Shown: piece by piece, positions 1-7,798 of the stretch
Position numbering within the stretch: position 1 is the stretch's first letter
Layout: every line of letters begins with the position of its first letter
Origin: an uncultured Actinomycetes bacterium
GTDB taxonomy: Bacteria; Actinomycetota; UBA4738; JBBDHU01
DNA length: 64,000 nt
Assembly: GCA_964640385.1 (NCBI GenBank)
Contig: CAZXFL010000001.1
Span: 15,179 to 79,178 of the forward strand
Reading direction: 5' to 3'
The notes under the pieces: model-generated
The model's input: only the letters and a program-made list of their open reading frames with translations
Told to the model about the DNA's origin: nothing
The model's database searches: none
Translations under genes and position numbers: made by a program

Positions 1-786
1 GATTGGCTTGCCGCCGGCATCGATCCCGACCGCGCGACCGTGTACCGCCAGTCGGATCTGCCCGAGGTCGCCGAGATGGCGCTGCTGATGGGGATGATCG
101 TGCCGCTCGGGTGGCTCGAACGGGTCCCCACCTTCAAGGAGCGCCTGCGGGACCTCGCCGAGCGCGACATCGCGAACTTCGGGCTCCTCGGGTATCCCGT
201 GCTGCAGACCGTGGACATCACGATCGTGAAGGGCGAGATCGTCCCGGTGGGGGAGGACCAGCTTCCGCACCTGGAGCTCTCCCGCGAGATCGTGCGCCGC
301 TTCAACCGGCTCTACGGGGATGTGCTGATCGAACCGAAGGCGATGCTCTCGGACACCCCGCTCATCCCGGGGAGCGACGGCCGCAAGATGTCGAAGTCCC
401 TGAACAACGAGATCGGGCTTCGCGACGACCCCGAGACCATCCGCACGAAGGTGCGCAGCTTCGTCACCGACCCGAAGAAGGTTCGCAAGGGCGATCCGGG
501 GCGGCCGGCCATCTGTCCCATCTTCAAGCTCCACGAGCGCTTCTCGCCCGACATCGTCGAGTGGACGGACGAGAATTGCCGCTCCGGCGCGCTCGGTTGC
601 GTGGACTGCAAGACGAACCTGGCCGATCGCGTGATCGAGCAGTTGGCGCCGTTCCGAGAGAAGCGGAACGCCCTCGACGAGACGCCCGAGGTGGCCGACG
701 AGGTCCTCGAGAAGGGGCACGAGACGGTGCGTCCGATCGTCGAGGACACGTACGACGCGGTGAAGAACGCGATGCATCTGGCATGA
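1..786 (+). CDS. trpS: tryptophan--tRNA ligase, 3' portion (5' end lies upstream of window)
   Basis: Frame-1 translation from base 1 (DWLAAGIDPDRATVYRQSDLPEV...) runs into ORF 40..786. KMSKS motif (GRKMSKSLNNEIG) and class I aaRS C-terminal helical domain typical of TrpS. Confidence 0.85.
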   Translation, partial: DWLAAGIDPDRATVYRQSDLPEVAEMALLMGMIVPLGWLERVPTFKERLRDLAERDIANFGLLGYPVLQTVDITIVKGEIVPVGEDQLPHLELSREIVRRFNRLYGDVLIEPKAMLSDTPLIPGSDGRKMSKSLNNEIGLRDDPETIRTKVRSFVTDPKKVRKGDPGRPAICPIFKLHERFSPDIVEWTDENCRSGALGCVDCKTNLADRVIEQLAPFREKRNALDETPEVADEVLEKGHETVRPIVEDTYDAVKNAMHLA

Positions 787-798
787 GGGTGGTCCGGG

Positions 799-1527
799 GT
801 GCCTGAGCAGAGCGACTTCACGGTCGAGACGCCCGTCTTCACGGGTCCGTTCCGGTTGCTAGCCGACCTGATCCTCGAGCAGAAGATCGACGTCTGCGAT
901 GTCCCCGTCGCCGATATCACGGACCGCTTCATCGCCCATTCCAAGGAAGCCGACGGCTGGACCCTGGAGGAGGCGACCTGGTTCCTCGCGGTCTGCGCGG
1001 TCCTGCTCGAGCTGAAGGTCCACCGGCTGATGCCGAAGCACGAGGGCGGCCTCGACGAGGACGATCTGGGTTCGTCGCCGGACCTCGCGTTCGCGCGGAG
1101 CATCGAACTGCGGGCGTTCCGGCGGGCGGCGGAGGACCTCGCCCGGCGGATGGAGGCCAACGAGCGGTACTTCCCGCGGGACGTCGGGCCCTCGCGCGAG
1201 TTCGCCCACCTGTATCCGGATGTGATGGCGAACGTCACGGCCCAGGAGCTGGCGCGGATCGCGGCACAAGTCTTGGCGCCGCCACCGATGCTGGATCTCT
1301 CGCACGTGACGCCCATCAGGGTTACCGTCCAGGACGAACTCCGGGCGGTCGAGGAGCACATGGTCGAAGCCGGGCAGCTGAGCTTCCGCGATCTGGTGGC
1401 GAGCTGTCCCGACCGGATCTATGTGGTCGTTCGCTTCCTGGCACTGCTCGAGCTCTTCCGGGACGGGCGGGTCGACCTGCGCCAGGCGGCGACGTTCGGT
1501 GAGATCGAGGTGAGCTGGCAGGGATGA
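799..1527 (+). CDS. scpA: segregation and condensation protein A (kleisin)
   Basis: 242 aa. ScpA-like N-terminus (FRLLADLILEQKIDVCDVPVADIT) and C-terminal winged helix. Overlaps scpB start (ATGA), classic scpA-scpB pair. Confidence 0.8.
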   Translation: MPEQSDFTVETPVFTGPFRLLADLILEQKIDVCDVPVADITDRFIAHSKEADGWTLEEATWFLAVCAVLLELKVHRLMPKHEGGLDEDDLGSSPDLAFARSIELRAFRRAAEDLARRMEANERYFPRDVGPSREFAHLYPDVMANVTAQELARIAAQVLAPPPMLDLSHVTPIRVTVQDELRAVEEHMVEAGQLSFRDLVASCPDRIYVVVRFLALLELFRDGRVDLRQAATFGEIEVSWQG

Positions 1528-2210
1528 GCGAGGACGCCGCACGCGCGCTCGAGGCCATCCTGTTCGTCTGTGACGAGCCCTTGCCGGCGACGGTGCTCGC
1601 CCAGGCGCTGCACGTCGACCGGCGCGCGGCGGAGCGCATGCTCGACGAGCTGTCCGCCCGGCTCGAGGAGCGCGGCAGCGGACTGGTCCTGCGCAACGTG
1701 GCGGGGGGGTGGCAGCTGTTCACGCACTCCGATGCGCAGGGGTTCGTCGAGCGGTTCGTCCTCTCGTCGCGCCACGCCCGGATGACCAAGGCATCGCTCG
1801 AAACTCTTGCGATCGTGGCCTACAAGCAGCCCGTTACCCGGCATCAGATCGCCGCCATCCGGGGCGTGAACTCCGACGGCGTCCTCAAGTCGCTCATGGA
1901 CCGCGGACTGCTCATCGAGGTGGGCCGGGAAGAGGTCCCCGGTCGTCCCATGTTGTACGGGACGACCCCCGAGTTCCTCCAGCGACTCGGTGTGCCATCC
2001 GTGACCGCGCTGCCCTCGCTCGCACCTCTGCTGGATGCCGTCGATGGCGACGAGGAAGCCGAGGCCGAGGGGGAGGCGGACGGCGCCGGGGAGGATGCCG
2101 TGGAGGCGCCTGTGTCGGCGGACCCGGTGGCGGACCTGCTCGAAGAGGAGGACGAGGCCGGAGAACTCGGCTCCTTCGGGGCGGCACGCGGGCCGGAGGA
2201 AGCCGACTAG
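1524..2210 (+). CDS. scpB: segregation and condensation protein B
   Basis: 228 aa. ScpB tandem winged-helix region (ALEAILFVCDEPL..., TRHQIAAIRGVNSDGVLKSLMDRGLI) with acidic C-terminal tail. Translationally coupled to scpA. Confidence 0.8.
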   Translation: MSEDAARALEAILFVCDEPLPATVLAQALHVDRRAAERMLDELSARLEERGSGLVLRNVAGGWQLFTHSDAQGFVERFVLSSRHARMTKASLETLAIVAYKQPVTRHQIAAIRGVNSDGVLKSLMDRGLLIEVGREEVPGRPMLYGTTPEFLQRLGVPSVTALPSLAPLLDAVDGDEEAEAEGEADGAGEDAVEAPVSADPVADLLEEEDEAGELGSFGAARGPEEAD

Positions 2211-2217
2211 CGTCGCG

Positions 2218-2937
2218 ATGCCCGAGGAGCGGCTCCAGAGGGCGCTGGCCAGGGCGGGGATCGGCTCGCGCCGAGCGAGCGAGGTCTTGATCGAGGCGGG
2301 GCGGGTTCGCATCAACGGCCGCATCGCCACGCTCGGTGACAAGGTCGATGTGACTCGCGACATGGTCGAGGTCGACAAGCACCGCGTCCCGCTGGATCCC
2401 GCATCGAAATCGTATGCCCTCCACAAGCCGGCCGGGGTCGTGACCACGATGAGCGACCCCCAGGGACGCCCGGACCTGCGGGCATTCCTGCCAGGCGGCC
2501 CGCGGGTGTTCCCCGTCGGTCGGCTCGACCGCGATAGCGAGGGGCTGCTGCTCCTGACGAACGAGGGAGAACTCGCCAACCGCCTGACCCATCCGAGGTA
2601 CGAGGTCGAGAAGGAGTACCTGGCGGAGGTCGGTGGCCAGCCGGCGACCAAGCACGTGAATAGGCTTCGATCGGGCGTCACGTTGGAGGACGGACCGGCC
2701 CGGGCCCTGCGCGCCACGGTCGCGGGATCGACCGGCGACCGAGGCGCGATCCGGCTGGTCATGACCGAAGGCCGCAAGCGCGAGGTGCGGAGGTTGCTGG
2801 ACGCCGTGGGGCTTCCGGTCGTCCGTCTGATCCGCGTGCGCGTCGCGAACGTGAATCTCGGCAACCTCCCCGCTGGCCAGATCCGGGAACTGACCACCGA
2901 CGAGGTCCGGGGACTGTACGAGGCCGCCGGGCTGTAG
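2218..2937 (+). CDS. rluB: rRNA pseudouridine synthase, RsuA/RluB family
   Basis: S4 RNA-binding domain (RLQRALARAGIGSRRASEVLIEAGRVRINGR) followed by pseudouridine synthase catalytic core (LHKPAGVVTT, GRLDRDSEGLLLLTN). ATG 2218 chosen because it follows the scpB stop at 2210; the ORF-track start 2035 overlaps scpB. Confidence 0.75.
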   Translation: MPEERLQRALARAGIGSRRASEVLIEAGRVRINGRIATLGDKVDVTRDMVEVDKHRVPLDPASKSYALHKPAGVVTTMSDPQGRPDLRAFLPGGPRVFPVGRLDRDSEGLLLLTNEGELANRLTHPRYEVEKEYLAEVGGQPATKHVNRLRSGVTLEDGPARALRATVAGSTGDRGAIRLVMTEGRKREVRRLLDAVGLPVVRLIRVRVANVNLGNLPAGQIRELTTDEVRGLYEAAGL

Positions 2938-2947
2938 CCTTATCCCC

Positions 2948-3307
2948 ATGACGACGAGAGCCGCCCGTGGGGCGATCGTGGTGGCGAAGGACGAGCGCGA
3001 GCAGGTGCTCGGACAGAGCGCACGCCTGGTCGGAGAGCTGTTGGCGCGCAACGCTGTGCCTCCCGACGACGTCGTGAGCATCTTCTTCACCGCGACGGCC
3101 GATCTCGTCTCCGCCTTTCCCGCCGAGGGCGCCCGGGAACTCGGTCTCACCGGGGTTCCGCTCCTGTGCGCCCAGGAGATCGCGGTTCCGGGGTCCATGG
3201 CCCGGGTGATCCGCGTCCTCATGCATCTCGACACCGAGCGGATCCAGTCCGAGGTGCAGCACGTGTACCTCGACGGCGCCGAGCTCCTCCGTGATGACCT
3301 CGCCTGA
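2948..3307 (+). CDS. aroH: chorismate mutase, AroH class (monofunctional)
   Basis: 119 aa, begins RGAIVVAKDEREQVL like AroH-type chorismate mutases. Sits immediately upstream of tyrA and aroA (aromatic amino acid context). Confidence 0.65.
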   Translation: MTTRAARGAIVVAKDEREQVLGQSARLVGELLARNAVPPDDVVSIFFTATADLVSAFPAEGARELGLTGVPLLCAQEIAVPGSMARVIRVLMHLDTERIQSEVQHVYLDGAELLRDDLA

Positions 3308-4385
3308 CCGCGTCGCGGTCTTGGGCTGCGGTCTCGTCGGGACGTCGATCGCGATGGCGGTCGAACGAGCCGGCGGACGCGTGATCGGCTTCGACACCGA
3401 CCCCGGCGTCCTTGCGGCGTCCGCGGCGCGGTCGGGTCTGAAGCCGGCGACCGGCGTGATCGAGGCCGTCGAGGGCGCCTCGGTGGCGTTCGTCTGCACT
3501 CCGGTGCCCGTGATAGCTGCGGTGGCTCTCGAGGCGCTCGCGGCCGACCCGTCGGTCGTCGTGACCGACGCCGGGAGCGTGAAGGGGCCCGTCGTGCACG
3601 CGGTGCTTTCGGCTGCGGGGCCGGTGGCGGGCAGGTTCGTGGGGGGTCATCCGATGGGCGGGTCGGAGCGCTCCGGGCCCGACGGCGCGTCGGCATCGAT
3701 CATCGATGGCGCCGTCTGGGTCCTCACGCCCACCGAGGAGACGGATGCGGGGTCGGTCGGGGCGGTCGAAGGCTGGATCGAGCGCTCAGGAGCGAACCCG
3801 GTGCGCATGGAACCGAGGGCCCACGACAGGGTCGTGGCCGTCGTCAGTCACCTTCCGCAGGTGGCCGCGACCGCCCTGATGAACCTGGCATCCCGTGAGG
3901 AGGCCGGCCAGCCCGAGACCCTGCTGCTTGCGGCGGGCGGATTCCGCGATCTCACGCGCCTGGCGGCCTCCGATCCGCACCTGTGGGCCGGGATCCTGTC
4001 ATCGAACGGGGAGGAGCTCGTGCGGGCGCTCGACCTATACGCGGCGGAGCTCGCCTCCCTGCGCGATCTGGTTGCCGCAGCCGACGAGCAGGGCGTGGAG
4101 CGGACCTTCGCGGCGGCGACCGAGGAGCGGCGGAGGCTCGCCGCCAAGCCCCAGGTCAAGACCGGCATCGCCATCTTGCAGATCGGGATCGATGACCGCC
4201 CGGGAGTGCTGGCCGAGCTGACCGCCGCGTTCGGCGAGCGCGAGGTGAACATCGAGGACATCCAGCTCGTGCACTCGCCGGAAGGAGGGCGGGGATCGGT
4301 CCATGTCATCGTGGCCGCCGAGGACGCCGACCGGGCGGTCGAGGGGCTGGCTCTCCATTCCTTCGAGGCCGTGAGGATCGCCTGA
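3291..4385 (+). CDS. tyrA: prephenate dehydrogenase with C-terminal ACT domain
   Basis: N-terminal Rossmann motif (VAVLGCGLVGTSIA), PDH core (HPMGGSE), C-terminal ACT-like regulatory domain (GVLAELTAAFGEREVNIEDIQ). Confidence 0.8.
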   Translation: MMTSPDRVAVLGCGLVGTSIAMAVERAGGRVIGFDTDPGVLAASAARSGLKPATGVIEAVEGASVAFVCTPVPVIAAVALEALAADPSVVVTDAGSVKGPVVHAVLSAAGPVAGRFVGGHPMGGSERSGPDGASASIIDGAVWVLTPTEETDAGSVGAVEGWIERSGANPVRMEPRAHDRVVAVVSHLPQVAATALMNLASREEAGQPETLLLAAGGFRDLTRLAASDPHLWAGILSSNGEELVRALDLYAAELASLRDLVAAADEQGVERTFAAATEERRRLAAKPQVKTGIAILQIGIDDRPGVLAELTAAFGEREVNIEDIQLVHSPEGGRGSVHVIVAAEDADRAVEGLALHSFEAVRIA

Positions 4386-5746
4386 TGCGCGCCGTGGTCC
4401 GTCCCGGGGGGCGGGTTGCCGGCGAGGCGAAGGTCCCGGGCGATAAGTCCATCGCCCATCGGTGGCTGATCTTCGCAGCGTCCGGCCAGGGACGGTCCGA
4501 GCTGACCGGGGTTCCGGCCGCGCTCGACATCGCCTCCACCGCCCGGTGTATGGGCTCCCTGACGGGCGACGAGGGGTTGTCATCGTGGGCGGCAGCGGCT
4601 GCAGCCGAGGATGAGGGTGAGCGTCACACGTGGAACAAGTCACAGCCGCGTAATTACAAGCATGAAGTTCATGTCGAGGGTAAGGGGAGGGGAGGGCTCT
4701 CCTCGGTCTCGGGTCCTCTGGATTGCGGCAACTCAGGGACCACCATGCGTCTGCTTTCCGGGGTCGCCGCCGGCTGCGACTTCAGGACCATCCTGGATGG
4801 GGACGAGGGGCTCGGTGCCAGGCCGATGGAGCGGGTCGCCGAGCCGCTGCGTTTGATGGGGGCGGATGTGACGACGTCCGACGGGCATGCGCCGCTCGAG
4901 ATCACCGGCGGGCGCCTTGCCGGCATCGGGTACGCGCCGGCAACCCCGTCCTCGCAGGTGAAGGGCGCTGTGCTGTTGGCCGGACTGGCAGCGAGCGGTG
5001 ACACGACCGTCGAGGAGTCCACAGGAACGCGCGACCACACGGAGCGGTTCCTGCGGGCCGTGGGTGGCCCGGTCGAGATCGGCCAGGCCTCGGTGACGGT
5101 CTCGCCGTGGCAGCATCCGGGATTCGCGGCCCGCCTCCCCGGTGACCCCTCATCCGCGGCGTTCGTCCTGGCTGCCGCTGCGCTCACCGGAGGGACCGTC
5201 TCCATCTCGGATGTCGGGCTCAATCCGACCCGCACGCACTTCGTGGACGTCATGCGCCGCATGGGGGTCGAGGTCTCCACGGAGGAGACGTGGGAGTCGG
5301 TCGGCGAGCCGGCCGGGGTTGTCGCAGCGACGGCGGGCGGCTCCCTACGGGGGACCGTGGTCACGGCGCAGGAGTTCCCTCTCGTGCACGACGAGGTTCC
5401 GCTCCTCGCAGCGCTCGCGACCGCCGCAGACGGGGAGACGAGGTTCGAAGGCGCGGGCGAGCTGCGGGTGAAGGAGAGCAACCGGTTGGAGGGACTCGCG
5501 CAGGGTCTCCGTGGGCTCGGCGCCGACGCCGAGGTGCAGGGGGACGCGCTCGTGGTCGCCGGTGGCGGCCTCGCCGGTGGTACCGCCGATGCCCTGCGCG
5601 ACCACCGGCTGGCGATGGCGTTCGTCGTCGCCGGGCTGTCGGCCCGCGCGGAGTGCTCGATCGAGGGGATCGAGTGGACAGCGATCACGTTCCCGGGATT
5701 CGTCGCGGCGATGGATGCGCTCGGGGCCCGGATGGACGTGTCGTGA
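4385..5746 (+). CDS. aroA: 3-phosphoshikimate 1-carboxyvinyltransferase (EPSP synthase)
   Basis: 453 aa with EPSP synthase motifs (GDKSIAHR, LDCGNSGTTMRLL, RVKESNRL, DHRLAMAF). Contains an extra low-complexity insertion near the N-terminus. Confidence 0.85.
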   Translation: MRAVVRPGGRVAGEAKVPGDKSIAHRWLIFAASGQGRSELTGVPAALDIASTARCMGSLTGDEGLSSWAAAAAAEDEGERHTWNKSQPRNYKHEVHVEGKGRGGLSSVSGPLDCGNSGTTMRLLSGVAAGCDFRTILDGDEGLGARPMERVAEPLRLMGADVTTSDGHAPLEITGGRLAGIGYAPATPSSQVKGAVLLAGLAASGDTTVEESTGTRDHTERFLRAVGGPVEIGQASVTVSPWQHPGFAARLPGDPSSAAFVLAAAALTGGTVSISDVGLNPTRTHFVDVMRRMGVEVSTEETWESVGEPAGVVAATAGGSLRGTVVTAQEFPLVHDEVPLLAALATAADGETRFEGAGELRVKESNRLEGLAQGLRGLGADAEVQGDALVVAGGGLAGGTADALRDHRLAMAFVVAGLSARAECSIEGIEWTAITFPGFVAAMDALGARMDVS

Positions 5747-6399
5747 CGCGTTCCGGACCCGTTATCGCGATCGATGGACCGGCCGGATCGGGCAAGAGCA
5801 CGCTCGCCGTCGGCTTGGCCGCCCGGCTCGGCCTGCCGTACGTGAACACCGGCGTGATGTACCGGGCGCTGACCGCGCGCGTGCTGGAACGTGCGCTCGA
5901 TATCACGGACGGTCCTCGGCTGGCGTCGGAGGCGGCCGCGATCAGCTTCTCGTTCTCCGATGCTGCCCCTCTGTTGCTGCTGGTGGACGGGGAACCGACC
6001 GGTGCGGCGCTCACGGGGGGCGCGGTCGAGGCGGCCGTCTCCGAGGTCTCGTACCATCCCGAGGTGCGGGTGGTGATGCGAGATGCGCAGCGGATGCTGG
6101 GGGAGCGCGGCGCGGTCATGGAAGGACGCGACATCGCCACGGTCGTGTTCCCCGACGCCGAGTTGAAGATCTTCTTGGACGCGAGCGAGGGCGAGCGCGC
6201 TTCACGCCGGGTCGCGGAACGCGGTGGTCGCGAGGACCTCGCCGGCGAACTCGTGCAACGCGACGAGAAGGACGCCCGGGTGAATCCGTTCGTCCCGGCC
6301 GAGGGGGCAGTAGTGCTCGACACCTCGTCCAAAGGCGCGGATGAGGTGTTGGCCGAGGCGGTGCGGCTGGCCGCCGAGCGCGGCATCAAGGGTGCCTGA
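5743..6399 (+). CDS. cmk: cytidylate kinase
   Basis: GTG start overlapping the aroA stop (GTGA). P-loop (IAIDGPAGSGKST) and cytidylate kinase family core. Followed by der, as in the common cmk-der arrangement. Confidence 0.85.
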   Translation: MTRSGPVIAIDGPAGSGKSTLAVGLAARLGLPYVNTGVMYRALTARVLERALDITDGPRLASEAAAISFSFSDAAPLLLLVDGEPTGAALTGGAVEAAVSEVSYHPEVRVVMRDAQRMLGERGAVMEGRDIATVVFPDAELKIFLDASEGERASRRVAERGGREDLAGELVQRDEKDARVNPFVPAEGAVVLDTSSKGADEVLAEAVRLAAERGIKGA

Positions 6400-7706
6400 T
6401 GCCTGCGCGCGTCGCGATCGTCGGTCGGCAGAACGTCGGCAAGTCCACCCTGATCAACCGGTTGCACGGGCGCCGGGAGACCATCGCCGATGAGATGCCC
6501 GGGGTAACGCGCGACCGGCTCGAGTTGGACACGTCCTGGCGGGGCCGGGAGTTCACCCTGGTCGATACGGGCGGCTACGTTCGCGACGCAGCAGGGATCG
6601 AGGCCCTCGTCTCGGATCAGGCGACCCGAGCGGCGTCGGACGCCGACGTGATCGTGCTCGTCTGCGACGCCACGACCGGCCCCCAGGAGGAAGACGTCGA
6701 TCTCGCGAAACGCTTGCGCCGCATACGCACCCCGGTGCTGGTGGTCGCGAACAAGGTCGACTCGGACAAGGACGAGGCGGACGCCGCTTCCCTCCATGCG
6801 CTGGGACTCGGGGACCCCTTCCCGGTCTCGGCGCTGCATGGTCGCGGCACGGGCGACCTGCTCGACCGGATCGTAGCGATCCTCCCGGAGGATGACGACG
6901 CCCCGGCACCTTCACAGGAGATGCGGTTCGCCCTCGCAGGCCGCCCGAACGTTGGGAAGTCATCGCTGTTCAACCGGCTCGTGGGGGACGAGCGCGCGGT
7001 GGTCTTCGAGGAGGCGGGGACGACCCGGGATGCCGTCGATGCGGTGGTGACGTGGGAGGGCAAACCCGTCCGGTTCGTGGACACCGCGGGCCTGCGGAGC
7101 GTGGTCAAGACGCAGGGGGTCGAGTACTACGGACTCCTGCGGACCAACCGCGCCATCGGGCGCGCCGACGTGGTTCTGCTCGTCATCGACGCGAACGAGG
7201 GTCTGACGGGCGACGACAAGCGGATCGCCAACGACGTGATGGAGGCCGGGCGAGGATTGGTGGTGGCGGGGAACAAATGGGACCTAGTGGAGGACAAGGA
7301 CAGGGAGTTCAAGGATCTGTCCAAACGTTTTGAGTCGTACGCGCAGACGCAGATGCTCCGTACGTCGGCTGTGCACGGGAGCGGTGTGGCGCGGCTCCCG
7401 GGCGTACTGGCCGCCACGCGCGAGCGTTGGGCGAAGCGCGTCACGACGGCCAAGGTCAATGAGGTGCTCGAACGGGCGCAGGCGGAACGCCCGACCACCC
7501 GAGGCGTAGGGCGGTTCCGGTACGGAACGCAGGTGACCGCGGGACCTCCGACGTTCGTCCTGTTCGGTGGGAAACTCCCGGAGCCCTCGTACCGGCGCTA
7601 CCTCGAGCACCGGTTGCGCGACGCGTTCGGCTTCGAGGGAGTGCCGATCCGGCTGCGGTTCCGGCCGAAAGAGGGGCGCCGGGGTCGCGGCGAACGTGAC
7701 GGGTAG
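6399..7706 (+). CDS. der: ribosome-associated GTPase Der (EngA), tandem GTPase domains plus KH-like domain
   Basis: Two G domains (GRQNVGKST and GRPNVGKSS P-loops, DTGG/DTAG motifs) and a C-terminal KH-like domain. Confidence 0.85.
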   Translation: MPARVAIVGRQNVGKSTLINRLHGRRETIADEMPGVTRDRLELDTSWRGREFTLVDTGGYVRDAAGIEALVSDQATRAASDADVIVLVCDATTGPQEEDVDLAKRLRRIRTPVLVVANKVDSDKDEADAASLHALGLGDPFPVSALHGRGTGDLLDRIVAILPEDDDAPAPSQEMRFALAGRPNVGKSSLFNRLVGDERAVVFEEAGTTRDAVDAVVTWEGKPVRFVDTAGLRSVVKTQGVEYYGLLRTNRAIGRADVVLLVIDANEGLTGDDKRIANDVMEAGRGLVVAGNKWDLVEDKDREFKDLSKRFESYAQTQMLRTSAVHGSGVARLPGVLAATRERWAKRVTTAKVNEVLERAQAERPTTRGVGRFRYGTQVTAGPPTFVLFGGKLPEPSYRRYLEHRLRDAFGFEGVPIRLRFRPKEGRRGRGERDG

Positions 7707-7718
7707 AATCCGTGGTCA

Positions 7719-7792
7719 CGGGACGTGGCGCAGCCTGGTAGCGCACTGGTCTGGGGGACCAGGGGTCGCGGGTTCGAATCCCGCCGTCCCGA
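7719..7792 (+). tRNA. tRNA-Pro (anticodon GGG)
   Basis: Manual cloverleaf: 7-bp acceptor stem CGGGACG/CGTCCCG, D-arm GCGC..GCGC, anticodon stem CTGGT/ACCAG with loop CTGGGGG (anticodon GGG), T-arm GCGGG-TTCGAAT-CCCGC. CCA not encoded. Confidence 0.8.
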
Positions 7793-7798
7793 CCGACC

